64,000 bases of DNA from Eledone cirrhosa (lineage: Eukaryota), in assembly GCA_964016885.1 (NCBI GenBank), contig OZ024740.1, positions 174,282,001 through 174,346,000 on the forward strand. The letters run 5' to 3'. Under the pieces are notes generated by a model. That model worked only from the letters and a program-made list of their open reading frames with translations. It made no database searches and was not told the DNA's origin. Position numbers and translations under genes: made by a program. Positions 62,189 to 64,000 of this stretch are shown here, in pieces. Numbering within the stretch: the first letter of the stretch is position 1; each line of letters opens with the position of its first letter.

Positions 62189-64000
62189 CCGGATGGTATA
62201 GACGTTCTTCACATCGGCTCCTCAAGTATTGGAGATATTACGTGTTAACAGTAAGTGTTTGTCTGTATTCTTGCGTTATTGTGTTAATTAACCCCCTTGC
62301 CTGGGTCTTCGGACATTAGGGTTAATTTATTTCACCCCTATTGGGGTAACATTTTTCATCCTAAAAATCTTGTAATTGTCTCTACGCTAGTGGTAATGGA
62401 AGCCATTACCACAGATAACGATGACACGCCCACTAAACAAACAGAAGGAGAGCGGGTAGCGGAGGCAACAAGCCTCCCTACTGAAAGAATAATGATTATT
62501 AGAAACATTGAAAATATGCAGCCTATCCCTAATGAAAAAAATGTAAAAAAAATTGACTCGGAGAAATTTCCAACATTAATGGATGCCGTTTCGACTTTTC
62601 ACGGCGCCACGCCCACCAGCAAAACTGAAAGAAAACTAGTAGCTGTAACTCCGAGTCTCTCGGATACTGAAAATATAAGTGAACATTTTGAAAAAATGGA
62701 GTCTAACCCCAACGGGGAAAAAAATGTGAATGCATACACCAACATAAATAACACAAACACAACAAAAAATGAAAATTGTAACAACAAAACACAAGAAAAC
62801 CACATATCGACAAATGCAAACAAAGAGGGGGCGAACAAAATGACGTTCGCGCAAAGCATACTAAAAACTATCGTGTACGAACCTATTGACATTTCGAACA
62901 TGGCCCAGCAAATGGAAAATACACGGAAGTATATAACTTTGGAGGAGAATGGTCTATTTTCTTTAAATTCTCCCCCAGAGCTAAAAAAGGTAAATAGCTT
63001 AAAAACTATTATTTATAGGACAAATCTAACAAATCCCGTAAGCCAGTACAACTCACACAAACAAAGATTGAACTGGCGTTAAAAGATCATCAGAAAAACA
63101 TTGTATTCATTCGGAAGGATAGACTCTACGGTAGTCTATCCATCAGAATGAAAGATAAATTGACGGCCGAAAAACATTCCCTGGCCCCAATTGTGTCCCC
63201 CTTATTTACCTTCTTCCTCACTTATTTGGAAAGAAAAATACAAAGATTGACCATACACAGTATCGATCCAGATATTGATTTCTGGGCGGTACTGTGTGGC
63301 CTCCTCAACTTGAAAGAGAATGCAGTAATTTCGGTAGGTAAGTCTTCCAGCAACGTGTTCGTGGAACTAACCTGCAAGTTCTGGTGCAAATGCAGCCAGA
63401 ACAAATTGCTAGGATCCCCGACCGCATATTGCTGGATGGGCTTGCCTACTTACACATCATAGTGGAGGGTAGACGACCCGCTTGTTACCTCTGTGGTGGC
63501 ACAGGTCACCTGAGGGCTGCCTGTTCCCAAGCAAACAAAAAAACACCGATTTTGCCCACACCAACAACTACAATTCTAACAACACAACCTCCACCACAAA
63601 AACAACTAACACGACAAGTTAAAACACAACTGAAAACAATCCCCCCCCCCCACAGAAAACAAATACAAAAACACCCACCACAAACACGAGCCGAAAATAA
63701 ACCCCTCCCCTCGAATACAGAAGACGACCCCTTTCGCCGTCAGACGAGGGGGGGGGGGGGCACTTTCATAAAGTTTAAAAAAAAGAAAGAAAACACACCA
63801 CAGGAACACAAATACAAACAACCACTCCCCAAGCCATAACACAGACATCAACACAAAAACAAAAAAACACACAACAACAGTAAACAAAAAACCTCACGCA
63901 AAAAGAAAAGTTTGCATATACCTACATAAGTACAATAAACAAAAAACTGTTGAACGAAATAACAACTTAATAAAAACCGAAGGTTCGAATTTCGCACAAG
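62189..64000 (+). mobile_element. L1/Tx1-type LINE copy 5; 5' UTR plus frameshifted ORF1, runs off the window
   Basis: TFAQSILK, HIIVEGRRPACYLCGGTGHLRAAC knuckle; begins directly after (TATC)n. Confidence 0.88.

Overview
This is eukaryotic, AT-rich, microsatellite-dense and transposon-saturated DNA; no host protein-coding gene could be identified. The SINE repertoire looks like that of an octopus or other cephalopod (inference from recalled SINE consensus features, not a search). Contents: RTE-clade LINEs (one with three C-terminal C2H2 fingers, plus a bipartite non-autonomous derivative); a DD37D/maT Tc1-mariner with TIRs and a TA TSD; two full-length R4/Dong LINEs, one at (TAA)n and one at (CATA)n; at least six L1/Tx1-type LINE copies, including a head-to-tail array spaced by (AAT)n; two near-complete Penelope-like elements (PLEs) plus fragments; many tRNA-derived SINEs; and a Helitron 3' end. 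Main observations: (1) a set of mostly unrelated fold-back (inverted-repeat) elements, usually in or next to (TA)n, carrying intact, partial or decayed minimal hammerhead ribozymes that point outward in every case read; one is built from a ~317-nt tandem monomer like a non-LTR retrozyme; (2) a SINE whose 3' tail matches the Tx1 3' end; (3) apparent partitioning of microsatellite targets among LINEs, with an R4 element sitting in the (ATGT)n tail of an RTE derivative. Coordinates were read by eye and may be off by a few nt.
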